Origin: an uncultured Hyphomicrobiales bacterium
Lineage (GTDB): Bacteria > Bacteroidota > Ignavibacteria > Kapaibacteriales > UBA7675
DNA: 64,000 bases
Assembly: GCA_964445695.1 (NCBI GenBank)
Contig: CAYULF010000023.1
Span: forward strand, 20,732-84,731
Direction: 5' to 3'
Shown here: positions 46,684 to 58,665 of the stretch, piece after piece
How positions within the stretch are numbered: position 1 is the first letter of the stretch
Layout of the letters: each line of letters begins with the position of its first letter
Program-made: the position numbers and the translations under genes
Notes under the pieces: model-generated
Database searches by the model: none
What the model was told of the DNA's origin: nothing
What the model saw: the letters and a program-made list of their open reading frames with translations, nothing else

Positions 46684-47364
46684 TTACGAATTTTGGACGT
46701 TCTTACCCGGCAGGCGTCCCAGAATGGTTTGCCCCGCCTTGACGCGTCCGCCCTCGCTGACAAAAATCTCACTGCCCTCGGGCACGATCACGTCCATGCG
46801 GGAACCGAATTTCATCATGCCGAAACGCGCTCCGATCTGAACCTCGTCGCCTTCCTTCAGGTCGCTGACGATGCGCCGCGCCAGGAAGCCGGTGATTTGT
46901 TTGAACAGAATGCGGCCGTAGCGGTTCTCCAGCCCGATAATTGTCTGCTCATTCTGCTCGGAGGCGTGGTCCTTGTAAGCCGCCATAAAACGGCCGGGAC
47001 GGTAGTCCGCAAATATGATGCGCCCGGCGGCGGGCGCGCGGTTGACGTGTACGTCGATCGGACTTAAAAAAATGCTGATTCTGACGGCGGGTCCGCCGAC
47101 GGCGCGTTCCTCTCGCTCGGGTACAATCTGTACCACTTCGCCGTCGGCCGGGGCCAGCAGAGTGCGCTCGTCTGATTGCGCCTCCGCGGGAATAGCACGC
47201 TCCGGATCGCGAAAGAACCAGATCGTGAATACGCTGAGCGGAAAACCCGTCAACAAACAAAAAAAAGTCAGTATTGCGGAGTCGAGCCAGAAACCAAGAA
47301 CAATCAGTGCGATGCCTGCTCCGAGCATCGGGAAGAAGTTGTCGTAACCGTAGCTGCTGATCAT
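46684..47364 (-). CDS. psd: Phosphatidylserine decarboxylase proenzyme
   Basis: FFRDPER, APADG, IFLSP.DVHVNR, ARRI, KFGSRMD. Confidence 0.93.
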   Translation of the reverse strand: MISSYGYDNFFPMLGAGIALIVLGFWLDSAILTFFCLLTGFPLSVFTIWFFRDPERAIPAEAQSDERTLLAPADGEVVQIVPEREERAVGGPAVRISIFLSPIDVHVNRAPAAGRIIFADYRPGRFMAAYKDHASEQNEQTIIGLENRYGRILFKQITGFLARRIVSDLKEGDEVQIGARFGMMKFGSRMDVIVPEGSEIFVSEGGRVKAGQTILGRLPGKNVQNS

Positions 47365-47500
47365 TTGCCTGCGGAATTCCCCTGAAAGTGCCGTGTTTGC
47401 GCCTTGGCGTATGTGCCGGAGATTTGTTATTTTCACCGGTTTGCAAAGCTAATCTACGCAAAATACGACTCTGAACCATTTAACCGTACACGGCAGGTCC

Positions 47501-48658
47501 ATGAAGTTTACCGTCGCGCTACCGGATTTTCAGAAGTTGGTGCAACAAGTGTTCCAGGCGGTTCCGCCGCGCTCCACGTTGCCCGTACTCGAGAACATCC
47601 ACTTTGAACTGAATGATAACAGCCTGGAGGCGGTTGCGACCGACCAGGAACTGACCATCATCTCCAGCATCAACGTCGAAGGCGACGGCAATGGACGCGT
47701 GCTGGCGCCTGCGCGCAAACTGAACGACATCGTCAAAGCGCTCGGCAATTCCGGTTCGTTAACGGTGGACGTCGACCCCTCGCTGTTTAAGCTGACGCTT
47801 AAAACCGACCGCGGCGAATACGTCATGTTCGGCCTCGATCCGAACGAATTTCCGCCGCGTCCCGACGTCAGCGGCGGGGTGGAGGCGAGCTTTGCGCGTT
47901 CCACGATCCAGCGCATCGCCCAGAAAACGACCTTTGCGGTGTCCAAAGACGAGTACCGCCCGGCGCTGACCGGCATTCTGTTCAAATTCAACGTGGACTC
48001 CTTTAATGCCGTCGGCACCGATTCCATTCGTCTGGCCTGCCTGACGCTGGAAGGAACCGAGGACTATCCTCTGCCCGGCACCGAGTTCGAGGCCATCATT
48101 CCGGCGCGTACCGTCGAGCTGATGAAACGCGCGGAGAGCGACACGACGCTGCGTCTTACGCCGACGCACGCCTGTTTTGAAATGAACAACATGACGGTGA
48201 TCACCAGAATCATCGATGAAAAGTTTCCTCCCTACGAAGCGATTATTCCTTCCGACAACGACAAGCTGATCAAATTCCTGCCGTCCGAGGCGCTGGGATC
48301 GATCAAACGCGTCTCTCTGTTCAGCAGCGCGATTTCGCGCCAGGTGCAGTTCAAGATCAGCGGAGACACCTGGACGATTATCGGCAGCGACCACGAGTCG
48401 GGCAACCAGGCGACCGAGACAATTCCCTGCGAATACGACGGCGACGACCTGGACATCTCCTTCAACTTCCGCTTCCTGCAGGAAGTGCTCGACCACGTTG
48501 CCAACGGCAGCGATGAACGCGCCGTTCTGGCCGTCTCGACGCCGAGTAAAGCGGTGCTCATCAAACCGCTGGTCAAGGATGGCGGCGATGGTGAAGAGGA
48601 AGTCGAGAGCAAGGAATTGCTGATGCTCGTGATGCCCTCGCGTCCGGTCAACACCTGA
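47501..48658 (+). CDS. dnaN: DNA polymerase III beta clamp
   Basis: TLPVL, ATDQE, FAVS.DE.RP.LTG, TD..RLA, FP.YE, LVMP; upstream of recF. Confidence 0.95.
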   Translation: MKFTVALPDFQKLVQQVFQAVPPRSTLPVLENIHFELNDNSLEAVATDQELTIISSINVEGDGNGRVLAPARKLNDIVKALGNSGSLTVDVDPSLFKLTLKTDRGEYVMFGLDPNEFPPRPDVSGGVEASFARSTIQRIAQKTTFAVSKDEYRPALTGILFKFNVDSFNAVGTDSIRLACLTLEGTEDYPLPGTEFEAIIPARTVELMKRAESDTTLRLTPTHACFEMNNMTVITRIIDEKFPPYEAIIPSDNDKLIKFLPSEALGSIKRVSLFSSAISRQVQFKISGDTWTIIGSDHESGNQATETIPCEYDGDDLDISFNFRFLQEVLDHVANGSDERAVLAVSTPSKAVLIKPLVKDGGDGEEEVESKELLMLVMPSRPVNT

Positions 48659-48685
48659 GACCGGCCGCCGCCGACGGAATAGCGA

Positions 48686-49834
48686 ATGCACGTCGAAACT
48701 CTGTCGCTGATTAATCTGCGCAACCACGTCGATTCGCGTCTGCGATTCGCCGCGGGAGTCAACGTCCTGTACGGAGCCAACGGTCAGGGCAAAACCAGCG
48801 TGCTGGAAGCCTTGGCGCTCTGCGCCCTCAGCCGCAGTTTTGTGCAGTGTCCCGACGCCGCTCTGTTGCGCCGCGGCGCCGATGAAATGTCGGTCGCAGC
48901 TGAAGCTGTCAGCGATCTGAACGCTCCCTGGCGCGTTCAGATCCACTATCAGCCCGGGCGACGCAAGAAGATATCCTCCAGTACCGGAAAAAATCAGTCC
49001 CCGCGCGACATCATCGGGGAGATGCCTCTCGTGGTGCTCTCGCCGGATTTCCGCGGCGTGACCAACGGCCCGCCCGCCGAGCGCCGTGCTCTGCTGGACA
49101 CGGTGCTGGCGCAGAGTTCAAAGCGCTATGCGGCCGAAGCCATCAGCCTGAAGCACATACTGAAGCAGCGCAACGCTCTGCTGCATCAGGGCAAGGCGCA
49201 GGGAAGGCTGGATCGCATGCTGCTGGAGCCCTGGACCGATGCCTTGATCGCCACCGGGGCCGAAATTGTCGTTCGCCGCGCCAAATTTGTCGCCCGCTTC
49301 GGCGACTATGCCAGCCGGGCCTATGCCAGGATTGCCGACGGCGCGGAGGACGTGGAGGTGCGTTACAGGCCGCATTCCGTGCCGCCCGAGACCTTCGACG
49401 GCGACGGACGCCTGGAGCTGACAGATGTGATGGCGGCCTATCGCGAAGCACTTCAGCGCCGGGCGGAGGAAGAAGCGCGCCGCGGCGTGACTCTGGTCGG
49501 GCCGCAGAAAGACGAAGTGGATTTGTTTGTGGCCGGCGGATCAGCGCGCGAGGGCGCTTCACAGGGGCAGCACAAATCATTGCTGATCGGCATCAAACTG
49601 GCCGAATTCGACTTTTTGCGCGACGTGCGCGGCGAGACGCCGCTGTTGCTGCTGGACGACGTGTTCAGCGAGCTGGACCGGCATCGCGCGGCGCGCGTGC
49701 TGGACGCCGTGCGCTCCGACGCACAGACATTTATTACGACCACGGAGGCGGGCCTGTTTGACGCCCATTTTGCCGGCGCCGGCGCGCATGCGCTCTTTGG
49801 CGTGCGCGGCGGACAGGTGGAGCAGGAAAAATGA
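48686..49834 (+). CDS. recF: DNA replication/repair protein RecF
   Basis: G.NGQGKTSVLEA, P..RR..LD, LKQRN.LL, SQGQ.K, LLLDDVFSELD. Confidence 0.95.
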   Translation: MHVETLSLINLRNHVDSRLRFAAGVNVLYGANGQGKTSVLEALALCALSRSFVQCPDAALLRRGADEMSVAAEAVSDLNAPWRVQIHYQPGRRKKISSSTGKNQSPRDIIGEMPLVVLSPDFRGVTNGPPAERRALLDTVLAQSSKRYAAEAISLKHILKQRNALLHQGKAQGRLDRMLLEPWTDALIATGAEIVVRRAKFVARFGDYASRAYARIADGAEDVEVRYRPHSVPPETFDGDGRLELTDVMAAYREALQRRAEEEARRGVTLVGPQKDEVDLFVAGGSAREGASQGQHKSLLIGIKLAEFDFLRDVRGETPLLLLDDVFSELDRHRAARVLDAVRSDAQTFITTTEAGLFDAHFAGAGAHALFGVRGGQVEQEK

Positions 49835-49841
49835 GGAATCC

Positions 49842-50135
49842 ATGAACAACGACGGCGAAGCACAATCACTCGGAGAGTTGCTGCGCGCACTGATGCGCGA
49901 GCGCGGTCTTGAAGGCCGTCTGACTGCCGCCGCCATGCCCGAAATCTGGGCCGAACTGGTCGGTCCGGCCGCCGCGCGCGTCTGCCGTGTGCTGTCCTGC
50001 ACGCATGGAACGCTGCGCGTAGAGGTGCGAGCAGCCGTCTGGCGCGCCGAGTTGCAGCTGAGACGCGAAGAACTGCGCCAAAAGCTCAACGAGCGCCTCG
50101 GCCGTGAATTTATCCGTGAAATAGTCTTTAAATAG
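49842..50135 (+). CDS. dciA: DUF721/DciA family protein
   Basis: W.ELVG...A..GTL.V....WRAEL motif; between recF and gyrB. Confidence 0.8.
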   Translation: MNNDGEAQSLGELLRALMRERGLEGRLTAAAMPEIWAELVGPAAARVCRVLSCTHGTLRVEVRAAVWRAELQLRREELRQKLNERLGREFIREIVFK

Positions 50136-50189
50136 AAAAAGTGGTATTTTTCGGGTTTGCATTTAACAGCAGCGCTTTTCCCAGCCTGA

Positions 50190-52238
<2,049 letters not shown>

Positions 52239-52254
52239 GAGCCGCATCGCAGCT

Positions 52255-52704
52255 TTGCTGCGACGGCGCTGGGCGCAGATTGGACTGCCGCTTCTGTTTG
52301 TCTTCGTGTGCCTGATGGTCTGGTTCCTGGTTCATCGATTTGTCGTCTCGCCGCCCGTGAACGCACATATCGAACAAACGGACGACCTGGTGCGCGAAGG
52401 AGATCAGATCCAGCTCAGCGTGCTCAACGGCTGCGGGGCGGCGGGCGGTGCATCCATCGTGATGGATTACCTTCGCGCCCGCGGATTCGACGTAGTGGAA
52501 ATTGCCAATTATCAAAGCTTTGATGTAGAGCGTTCCTTTGTCATAGATCGCGTCGGCGACACCCTTTCCGCTCGCAAGGTGGCTTACGCGATCGGCATTG
52601 CCGACAGTCTGCACCGCACCGACATCGATTCTTCCCTGTACCTGCGATGCAGCGTCGTCCTTGGACGTGATTACCAACAACTAAAGGCATTTCGGGACCG
52701 ATAG
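52255..52704 (+). CDS. LytR C-terminal domain membrane protein
   Basis: N-terminal TM; VLNGCG..G.A..L...GF.V...N, VVLG.DY; start uncertain. Confidence 0.8.
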   Translation: MLRRRWAQIGLPLLFVFVCLMVWFLVHRFVVSPPVNAHIEQTDDLVREGDQIQLSVLNGCGAAGGASIVMDYLRARGFDVVEIANYQSFDVERSFVIDRVGDTLSARKVAYAIGIADSLHRTDIDSSLYLRCSVVLGRDYQQLKAFRDR

Positions 52705-52735
52705 GCGCCCGCTCTGTACAACGATCGGATAGTGA

Positions 52736-53113
52736 ATGCAAGAAGAACTGCAAGGATTGGATTTGGCGCTCGAATGCGCCCGTATCGCCCAGGACCAACT
52801 CGCCGACGACATCCTGATTCTGGATCTGACCGACATTGATTCCGCTTCCTTCGACTATTTTGTTCTGTGCTCCGGCAACTCGGGCGTGCACGTGCGCGCC
52901 ATTGTCGATGCGCTCCGCCGCCGCATCAAGGTGAACGTCGATCGTCTGCCTGTGGCCGAAGGCGCCGAAGCCGGCGTCTGGGTCATCCTCGACTTCTTTG
53001 ATGTGGTCGTACACGTGATGCAGGAAGAAACGCGGAAGTTTTACGGTCTGGAGCGCCTGTGGGGAGATGCTCGGGCCCTGCGCATTGACGACGAAGGCCA
53101 ATTGGTAGCTTGA
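52736..53113 (+). CDS. rsfS: Ribosome silencing factor RsfS
   Basis: DI.ILD, DYFVLCSG, EG....WVILD..DVVVH, R.FY.LE.LW.D. Confidence 0.93.
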   Translation: MQEELQGLDLALECARIAQDQLADDILILDLTDIDSASFDYFVLCSGNSGVHVRAIVDALRRRIKVNVDRLPVAEGAEAGVWVILDFFDVVVHVMQEETRKFYGLERLWGDARALRIDDEGQLVA

Positions 53114-53247
53114 CAGGCCGCAAGGGCTTGTCGGCACGCAACTTTTGCCATAAATTGATCGGCATGCCGGCAATCCGCATGCTCGAGAACAACGGCTTAA
53201 TCACAAACCAGAAATCAAACAATCTCTGATAACTTTCAGGAGGATCG

Positions 53248-55206
53248 ATGTTAACACTTACACGCAGTCAGGGCCTGGCATTTTTTGCCGCGATGCTGCT
53301 CGCCTTTGGCGGAATTACCGCTTGCGGCGGCGGCGGCAATGAAGAAGTCGTGACGGACGCCGGTAACCACGATGATGGAATGGTGGACGAAAGCACTATT
53401 CCGGCTGAACTGGGCGGCAACGGATTTGAAGAAGTTGCCGAATCGCTCGGTTTTGCCACCGGCGGCTACACTGACGACCAGTTGGCTCTGTTGACCGGCG
53501 CCGACGCGAAAAAAGGCGGCAATCTCCACAAAACCATCACGCGCTTTGTCCTGACTTTCCGGCCCTTTTTTGTTGGCCCCAATGCCAACTACAGCGAAAA
53601 CAAAATGTTTTCGGACTTCTGCTACGAGGGCCTTGTTAACATCAATGCCATTGACCTGAACCTGACTCCGTGGCTGGCGACGCACTGGAAAATCCATGAA
53701 GACTCGCTCACCTATGACTTCCGCATTAACCCCAATGCAAAATTCTCCAACGGCACGCCCGTACGCGCACGCGACGTTGTAGCGACCTGGCAGCTGCTGG
53801 TCGAGGACGACCTGCAGTCGCCCAGCATGAAAGTTTCCTACAGCAAATTTGAAGAGCCCGAGATCCTCAGCCCGCTGATGGTCCGGGTCAAAAGCAAAGA
53901 AAACAACTGGCGCGCCATCCTTTCGATCGGCGCCATGGCCATTTTGTCGGCCGACGAGATCGGCGACCTGACGGCGACCGAGTTCGTCGATGGATTCAAC
54001 AACGCGCCGCCGATAGGTTCCGGTCCCTACATCGTAAAGCCGGAAAACATCGTAAACCAGCGTTCCTATGCGCTGACGCGCCGTGAGGACTACTGGAACT
54101 GGAGCGACCCCTACTACAGCAAAACGCACAACTTTGACCGCGTTGAGCTCGAGGTCGTGCGCGACAACCCGACGCTGGAATTTCAGAAGTTCATCAAAGG
54201 TGAGCAGGATTATTTCTACTACACCAGCGGCACGATCGAAGACTGGGTGAACAACACTGAAGATGCCTACCAAAAAGGCTGGTTCAAGAAAATGCGCGTG
54301 GAAACGAGCGGTCCTTCCGGAATGTGGGGCTACGCGCTCAATCTGCGCAAACCGCCCTTCGACGATATCAACATGCGCAAGGCGTTTTCTTATCTCAACC
54401 CGCGTGAACGCTACATCAAAGCCGCACTCTACAACGAGTACGAAGCGCAGGATTCCTACTACGATCAATCGCCCTACGCCAATCCGAACAATCCCAAGGT
54501 GCGTTATAACCCCGGCAAAGCGTCCGAGTTCCTGAAAGCAGCCGGCTGGTCGGAACGCAACAGCGACGGTTACCTGACGCGCAACGGGCAGATTCTGGAG
54601 TTGAATCTGGATATCGTCAAGTCGGTAGAAAAATTTGTGACGCCCTACCAGGAAGCGCTGCGCGCCGCCGGCATTAAACTGAACGTGAACTACATCGACG
54701 GGAACACCAACTCCAAAAACGCGCAGGAACGCCTGTTCACGATGTTCTGGGCCCTTCAAGGATCGCTGGTGTTCCCGAATCCGGAGTCGTCGTTCAAAGG
54801 CGAACTGGCCGACAAGAACAACAATAACAACTGGTGGGGTTATTCTAATCCTGTTGTCGACAGCCTGATCGAAGTCTACGATAAAATGTACGAATCGCAC
54901 ACGCGCATCAAGCTGGTTCAGCAAATTGACAAGATTTTGATGGAAGACTACCTGACGGTGATGCTTTACAACACCAAAGGTATCAAGATCGGTTACTGGG
55001 ACAAGTTCGGATTCCCGCCGCATCGCTATTCGCGTTTCTGTCAGGCGGGCGACAACCTGGACGAGGCGATCCGCTTCTGGTGGTACGACGCCGACCGCGC
55101 GAAGAAACTCGAAGAAGCTATGGCTGCCGGCACGCCGCTCGATCCGCCGACACAGCCTTACACCGTGTATGATTTCTGGCGCAACCAATACAAAGATCCT
55201 ACGTGA
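53248..55206 (+). CDS. Peptide ABC transporter substrate-binding lipoprotein (family 5), copy 1
   Basis: Lipobox ITAC; A.KGG, PWLA..W, A.FS.G.PV.A.DV, GSGPY, N.RKPPFDD...RKA. Confidence 0.9.
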   Translation: MLTLTRSQGLAFFAAMLLAFGGITACGGGGNEEVVTDAGNHDDGMVDESTIPAELGGNGFEEVAESLGFATGGYTDDQLALLTGADAKKGGNLHKTITRFVLTFRPFFVGPNANYSENKMFSDFCYEGLVNINAIDLNLTPWLATHWKIHEDSLTYDFRINPNAKFSNGTPVRARDVVATWQLLVEDDLQSPSMKVSYSKFEEPEILSPLMVRVKSKENNWRAILSIGAMAILSADEIGDLTATEFVDGFNNAPPIGSGPYIVKPENIVNQRSYALTRREDYWNWSDPYYSKTHNFDRVELEVVRDNPTLEFQKFIKGEQDYFYYTSGTIEDWVNNTEDAYQKGWFKKMRVETSGPSGMWGYALNLRKPPFDDINMRKAFSYLNPRERYIKAALYNEYEAQDSYYDQSPYANPNNPKVRYNPGKASEFLKAAGWSERNSDGYLTRNGQILELNLDIVKSVEKFVTPYQEALRAAGIKLNVNYIDGNTNSKNAQERLFTMFWALQGSLVFPNPESSFKGELADKNNNNNWWGYSNPVVDSLIEVYDKMYESHTRIKLVQQIDKILMEDYLTVMLYNTKGIKIGYWDKFGFPPHRYSRFCQAGDNLDEAIRFWWYDADRAKKLEEAMAAGTPLDPPTQPYTVYDFWRNQYKDPT

Positions 55207-55292
55207 CATATCCAATCCGCCGCGCCGGCATCAACCGTCGGCGCGGTGCTGATTGTCAAACATTTTCAACCTATCACAACGGTACCAGAGAA

Positions 55293-57257
55293 ATGACATT
55301 TCGTTCCTCCACTTTGCAGATTCTGCTTCTGGCATTGGTTTTCAGTCTGGCGGCCTGCGGCGAAAAAACAGATAGTGACAGTCCCGACAATGATGGCGCA
55401 ATGCTGGACGACTCCGGACTGACCGGCGAAATAGACGGTCTGACCGCTGAGCAGGGCGGTAAGGGGTTTGAAGCCGTTGCCGCGGATATGGGATTTGAAA
55501 CAGTCGAACCCACCCCCGAAGTCCTCAAGTATCTCGGTAGTCCCCAGGCGGAAACAGGCGGCCAGTTCCGCTACATTATTACGCGTTTTCCGCTGACCTT
55601 CAGACCGCTCGGCTACGGTGAAAACGCGCAGTACACGGAAAACAAATTTGTGTCCGAACTGTGCTACGAACCGCTCCTGCGCATCAATCACGTGACGCTG
55701 GAATTTCTGCCGGCTCTGGCTACGCACTGGAAAATTTCCGAAGACAAAAAGACGTATACCTTCCGCCTGGACCCGAAAGCGCGCTTCTGGGATGGTCGCC
55801 CGGTGACCGCCGAGGATGTGATCGCAACCTGGGAATTGCTGGTGGATGAAGATATTAAACAGCCTTCGATTCGCATGGTGATGAGCGAGTTTGAGCGTCC
55901 CGTTGCAGAAAGTCCGCTCCTGGTGACCGTCAAAGCCAAAGAGCCCAAATGGGCGAACTTCATCAACTTTGCGAACAGCATGCCGATTGTATCCGCTGCG
56001 GCGGTTGAATCGCTGACCGGCGGTGAATTCCTCGAAAAGTTTAACTACGAACTCGTCCCCGGTACAGGTGAATACATCATCAATCCCGAGGATATCAACA
56101 AGGGAACGAGCTACATCTTTACCCGGCGCGACGACTACTGGGCCAAAGACGATCCCTTCCGCCGTTACCAGGGCAACTTTGACCGCATCCGTCTGGACGT
56201 GGTTGTCGACAACGAGGGGCTGGAATACGAGCGCTTCAAGAAGGATGAGCAGGATCTGTTCTACTATACGAGCAGTTCCATGGAAAACTGGATGAACGAC
56301 AATGACTACGATGCAATGGCCAATGCCTGGATCGTTAAAAAGCGCGTTCACACGGACGGACCCGGCGGTTCCTGGGGTATTTCCTTTAACATGCGGAAAC
56401 CGCCTTTTGACGACATCCGCATGCGCAAGGTCTTTACCTACATGTTGAACCGTCAGGAGTTTATTAACAAACGACTCTACGACGAGTACGTACCGCTCGA
56501 CTCTTACTACGAAGGGTCGATCTACAAAAATCCCGACAACCCGGTCATTCGATTTGATCCCGATAAAGTAACCGCCCTGCTGCGCGACATGGGTTATACC
56601 AAGCGCAATCAGGAAGGATATGTTGTTAACAGCCAGGGGCATACGATTGAGGTCACGCTTAACATTGTCAAAGCGGTTGAAATGTTCGTCGTGCCCTTCC
56701 AGGAAGACCTGCGCACGGTCGGCATCAAGTTAAACATTGAGTACGGCGATCAGAATGCCCAGTTCAAGAACGCCATGGAGCGCAACTTCAGCCTGTTCTG
56801 GAATAATCTTTCGGGCCTGGTATTTCCCGAACCGCGCACGAGCCTGTTGTCCGAACTGGCCGCCGCCAACAACAACTGGAATGTTGAAGGCGTCGACGTA
56901 GCGCAGATTGATGAACTGATTGCCGAGTACGACACGACCTTTGCCATCCAGCGCCGCATCGAGATCATTCGCGAGCTGGACAAGATGCAAATGGACATGT
57001 ACAAGAAAATCCTCCTGTACAAACCCAAGGGCATCAAGGTCGCACACTGGGATCGCTTTGGAATGCCTCCTTACGTCTATGAGCGCGTTACACAGCCCGG
57101 CGATCACTATGTTGCGATTTTCCTCTACTGGTGGCTCGACAAGGATAAGGATCGCCGTTTGTCCGCCGCCAGAGCCGAAGGCAAGGCGCTCGGCTCGTAT
57201 CAGGGCGTTGAAGACATCAATTACTGGGCCGACTTCGGAGACGTCAGTACGCAATAA
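55293..57257 (+). CDS. Peptide ABC transporter substrate-binding lipoprotein (family 5), copy 2
   Basis: Lipobox LAAC; colinear paralog of 53248-55206. Confidence 0.9.
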   Translation: MTFRSSTLQILLLALVFSLAACGEKTDSDSPDNDGAMLDDSGLTGEIDGLTAEQGGKGFEAVAADMGFETVEPTPEVLKYLGSPQAETGGQFRYIITRFPLTFRPLGYGENAQYTENKFVSELCYEPLLRINHVTLEFLPALATHWKISEDKKTYTFRLDPKARFWDGRPVTAEDVIATWELLVDEDIKQPSIRMVMSEFERPVAESPLLVTVKAKEPKWANFINFANSMPIVSAAAVESLTGGEFLEKFNYELVPGTGEYIINPEDINKGTSYIFTRRDDYWAKDDPFRRYQGNFDRIRLDVVVDNEGLEYERFKKDEQDLFYYTSSSMENWMNDNDYDAMANAWIVKKRVHTDGPGGSWGISFNMRKPPFDDIRMRKVFTYMLNRQEFINKRLYDEYVPLDSYYEGSIYKNPDNPVIRFDPDKVTALLRDMGYTKRNQEGYVVNSQGHTIEVTLNIVKAVEMFVVPFQEDLRTVGIKLNIEYGDQNAQFKNAMERNFSLFWNNLSGLVFPEPRTSLLSELAAANNNWNVEGVDVAQIDELIAEYDTTFAIQRRIEIIRELDKMQMDMYKKILLYKPKGIKVAHWDRFGMPPYVYERVTQPGDHYVAIFLYWWLDKDKDRRLSAARAEGKALGSYQGVEDINYWADFGDVSTQ

Positions 57258-57270
57258 GTCGCCCAACGTG

Positions 57271-57319
57271 AGCGGTTCCCGCTGAAAAATGGCCTTTGTT
57301 GTGCGGCACGGGAACCGCT
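57271..57319 (+). other. Intergenic hairpin after the binding-protein genes
   Basis: AGCGGTTCCCG..CGGGAACCGCT inverted repeat. Confidence 0.5.
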
Positions 57320-57411
57320 GCTGTATTATTTTTGCATTTTGCAGCCTAATCTCTAACTTGCGCCCGCCGCAACGAGCGTGCGGGGCTTGTTTTGAACTTA
57401 CGTAACCGATT

Positions 57412-58650
57412 ATGACCGAATATTTTATTCGACGGCTTCTTCTGGCCGTTCCCACATTCTTTATCAGCACGTTAATCGTGTTCGGCATTGTGCAGGGAGC
57501 GCCGGGCGGGCCGCTGGAGCAGCAGCTCCAACAGTTGAAAAATCAATCGGCTGAACAGGGCGGCGGCACCGCTTTAGGTCAGGCCGAGATCCCGCCCAGT
57601 GAAGTCGCCAAACTCGAGCGATACTACCACTTCCACGAACCCTTTTTCGTTCGCTACCTCATCTGGCTCGGCCTGTGGCAGCGCAATGAACTCGATTTCA
57701 GCGTCACGATCGGCGAAGCCCGCAAAATCGGCGGCGGCCAACGCGCCGTTGTCGAAGAGCCGTCGCCCGGTCAGTACCGCGTCCTGGACGCCAACGACCG
57801 CACAAAAGAACTCGACGGCTGGGAAGTGGAGATGATGGTCGTTGAAGGTGAAGAGCCTCAGCCGCGCCTCGTCAAAAAGGCCCATGCCGGCATTCTGACC
57901 TTTTACTTCGGCGAGTCCTTTCAGTACAACGAACCCGTCGGCGACCTGATCGCGGATCGTTTCCCGGTTTCGTTCCAGTTTGGTCTGATCGGTTTCATCC
58001 TGGCATACACCGTCTGTATTTACATGGGTATCCTGAAAGCGCTCAATCACGGCGGCGCTTTTGACTTTGGTACCAGCGTTATTGTGTTTGTCGGTTATTC
58101 GATTCCGGGCTGGGCGCTGGGCGCAGTTATGCTCGTGCTCTTCGGCGGCGGTTCATTCCTCGATATCTTTCCGCTCGGCAACTTCCAGTCGGAGAACTAT
58201 CTGGAACTGTCGTTCTTCGACAAGTTTCTGGATCGGGCTTATCACTTTGTCCTGCCGACAATTGCGTACACGATTGCCCAGTTTGCAACGCTCACGATGC
58301 TCACAAAAAACTCCCTTCTCGAAAATTTGAGCAAGGACTACGTGCGCACGGCCTTTGCCAAAGGCCTGCGTGAAAAACGCGTCGTCTGGGTGCACGCGCT
58401 GCGGAACAGCCTCATTCCCATTGCTTCGCGCATCGGCGGCGTTATTGGATTATTTGTCGCCAGCTCGTACCTGATTGAGCTGGTGTTTAACATTGAAGGA
58501 CTCGGCAAGTTGTCCTTCCAGGCCATCCTGGCTCGCGACTACAACATTGTATTCGCCTTTGCGGTCATCAGCGTCATTCTCTTGATTCTGGGGCAGATGT
58601 TGTCCGACCTGGCGCTGTCGTTTGTCAATCCGCGAATTCGGTTCAAGTAG
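57412..58650 (+). CDS. Peptide ABC transporter permease (OppB/YejB-like)
   Basis: YFIRRLLL, APGGP, DYVRTAFAKGL, HALRN, NPRI. Confidence 0.92.
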   Translation: MTEYFIRRLLLAVPTFFISTLIVFGIVQGAPGGPLEQQLQQLKNQSAEQGGGTALGQAEIPPSEVAKLERYYHFHEPFFVRYLIWLGLWQRNELDFSVTIGEARKIGGGQRAVVEEPSPGQYRVLDANDRTKELDGWEVEMMVVEGEEPQPRLVKKAHAGILTFYFGESFQYNEPVGDLIADRFPVSFQFGLIGFILAYTVCIYMGILKALNHGGAFDFGTSVIVFVGYSIPGWALGAVMLVLFGGGSFLDIFPLGNFQSENYLELSFFDKFLDRAYHFVLPTIAYTIAQFATLTMLTKNSLLENLSKDYVRTAFAKGLREKRVVWVHALRNSLIPIASRIGGVIGLFVASSYLIELVFNIEGLGKLSFQAILARDYNIVFAFAVISVILLILGQMLSDLALSFVNPRIRFK

Positions 58651-58665
58651 GAATTGCAGTCGAGC

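Noticed and set aside
47365-47500. oriC upstream of dnaN
   Set aside because: The gap is short, no DnaA-box cluster was seen, and dnaA is not adjacent.
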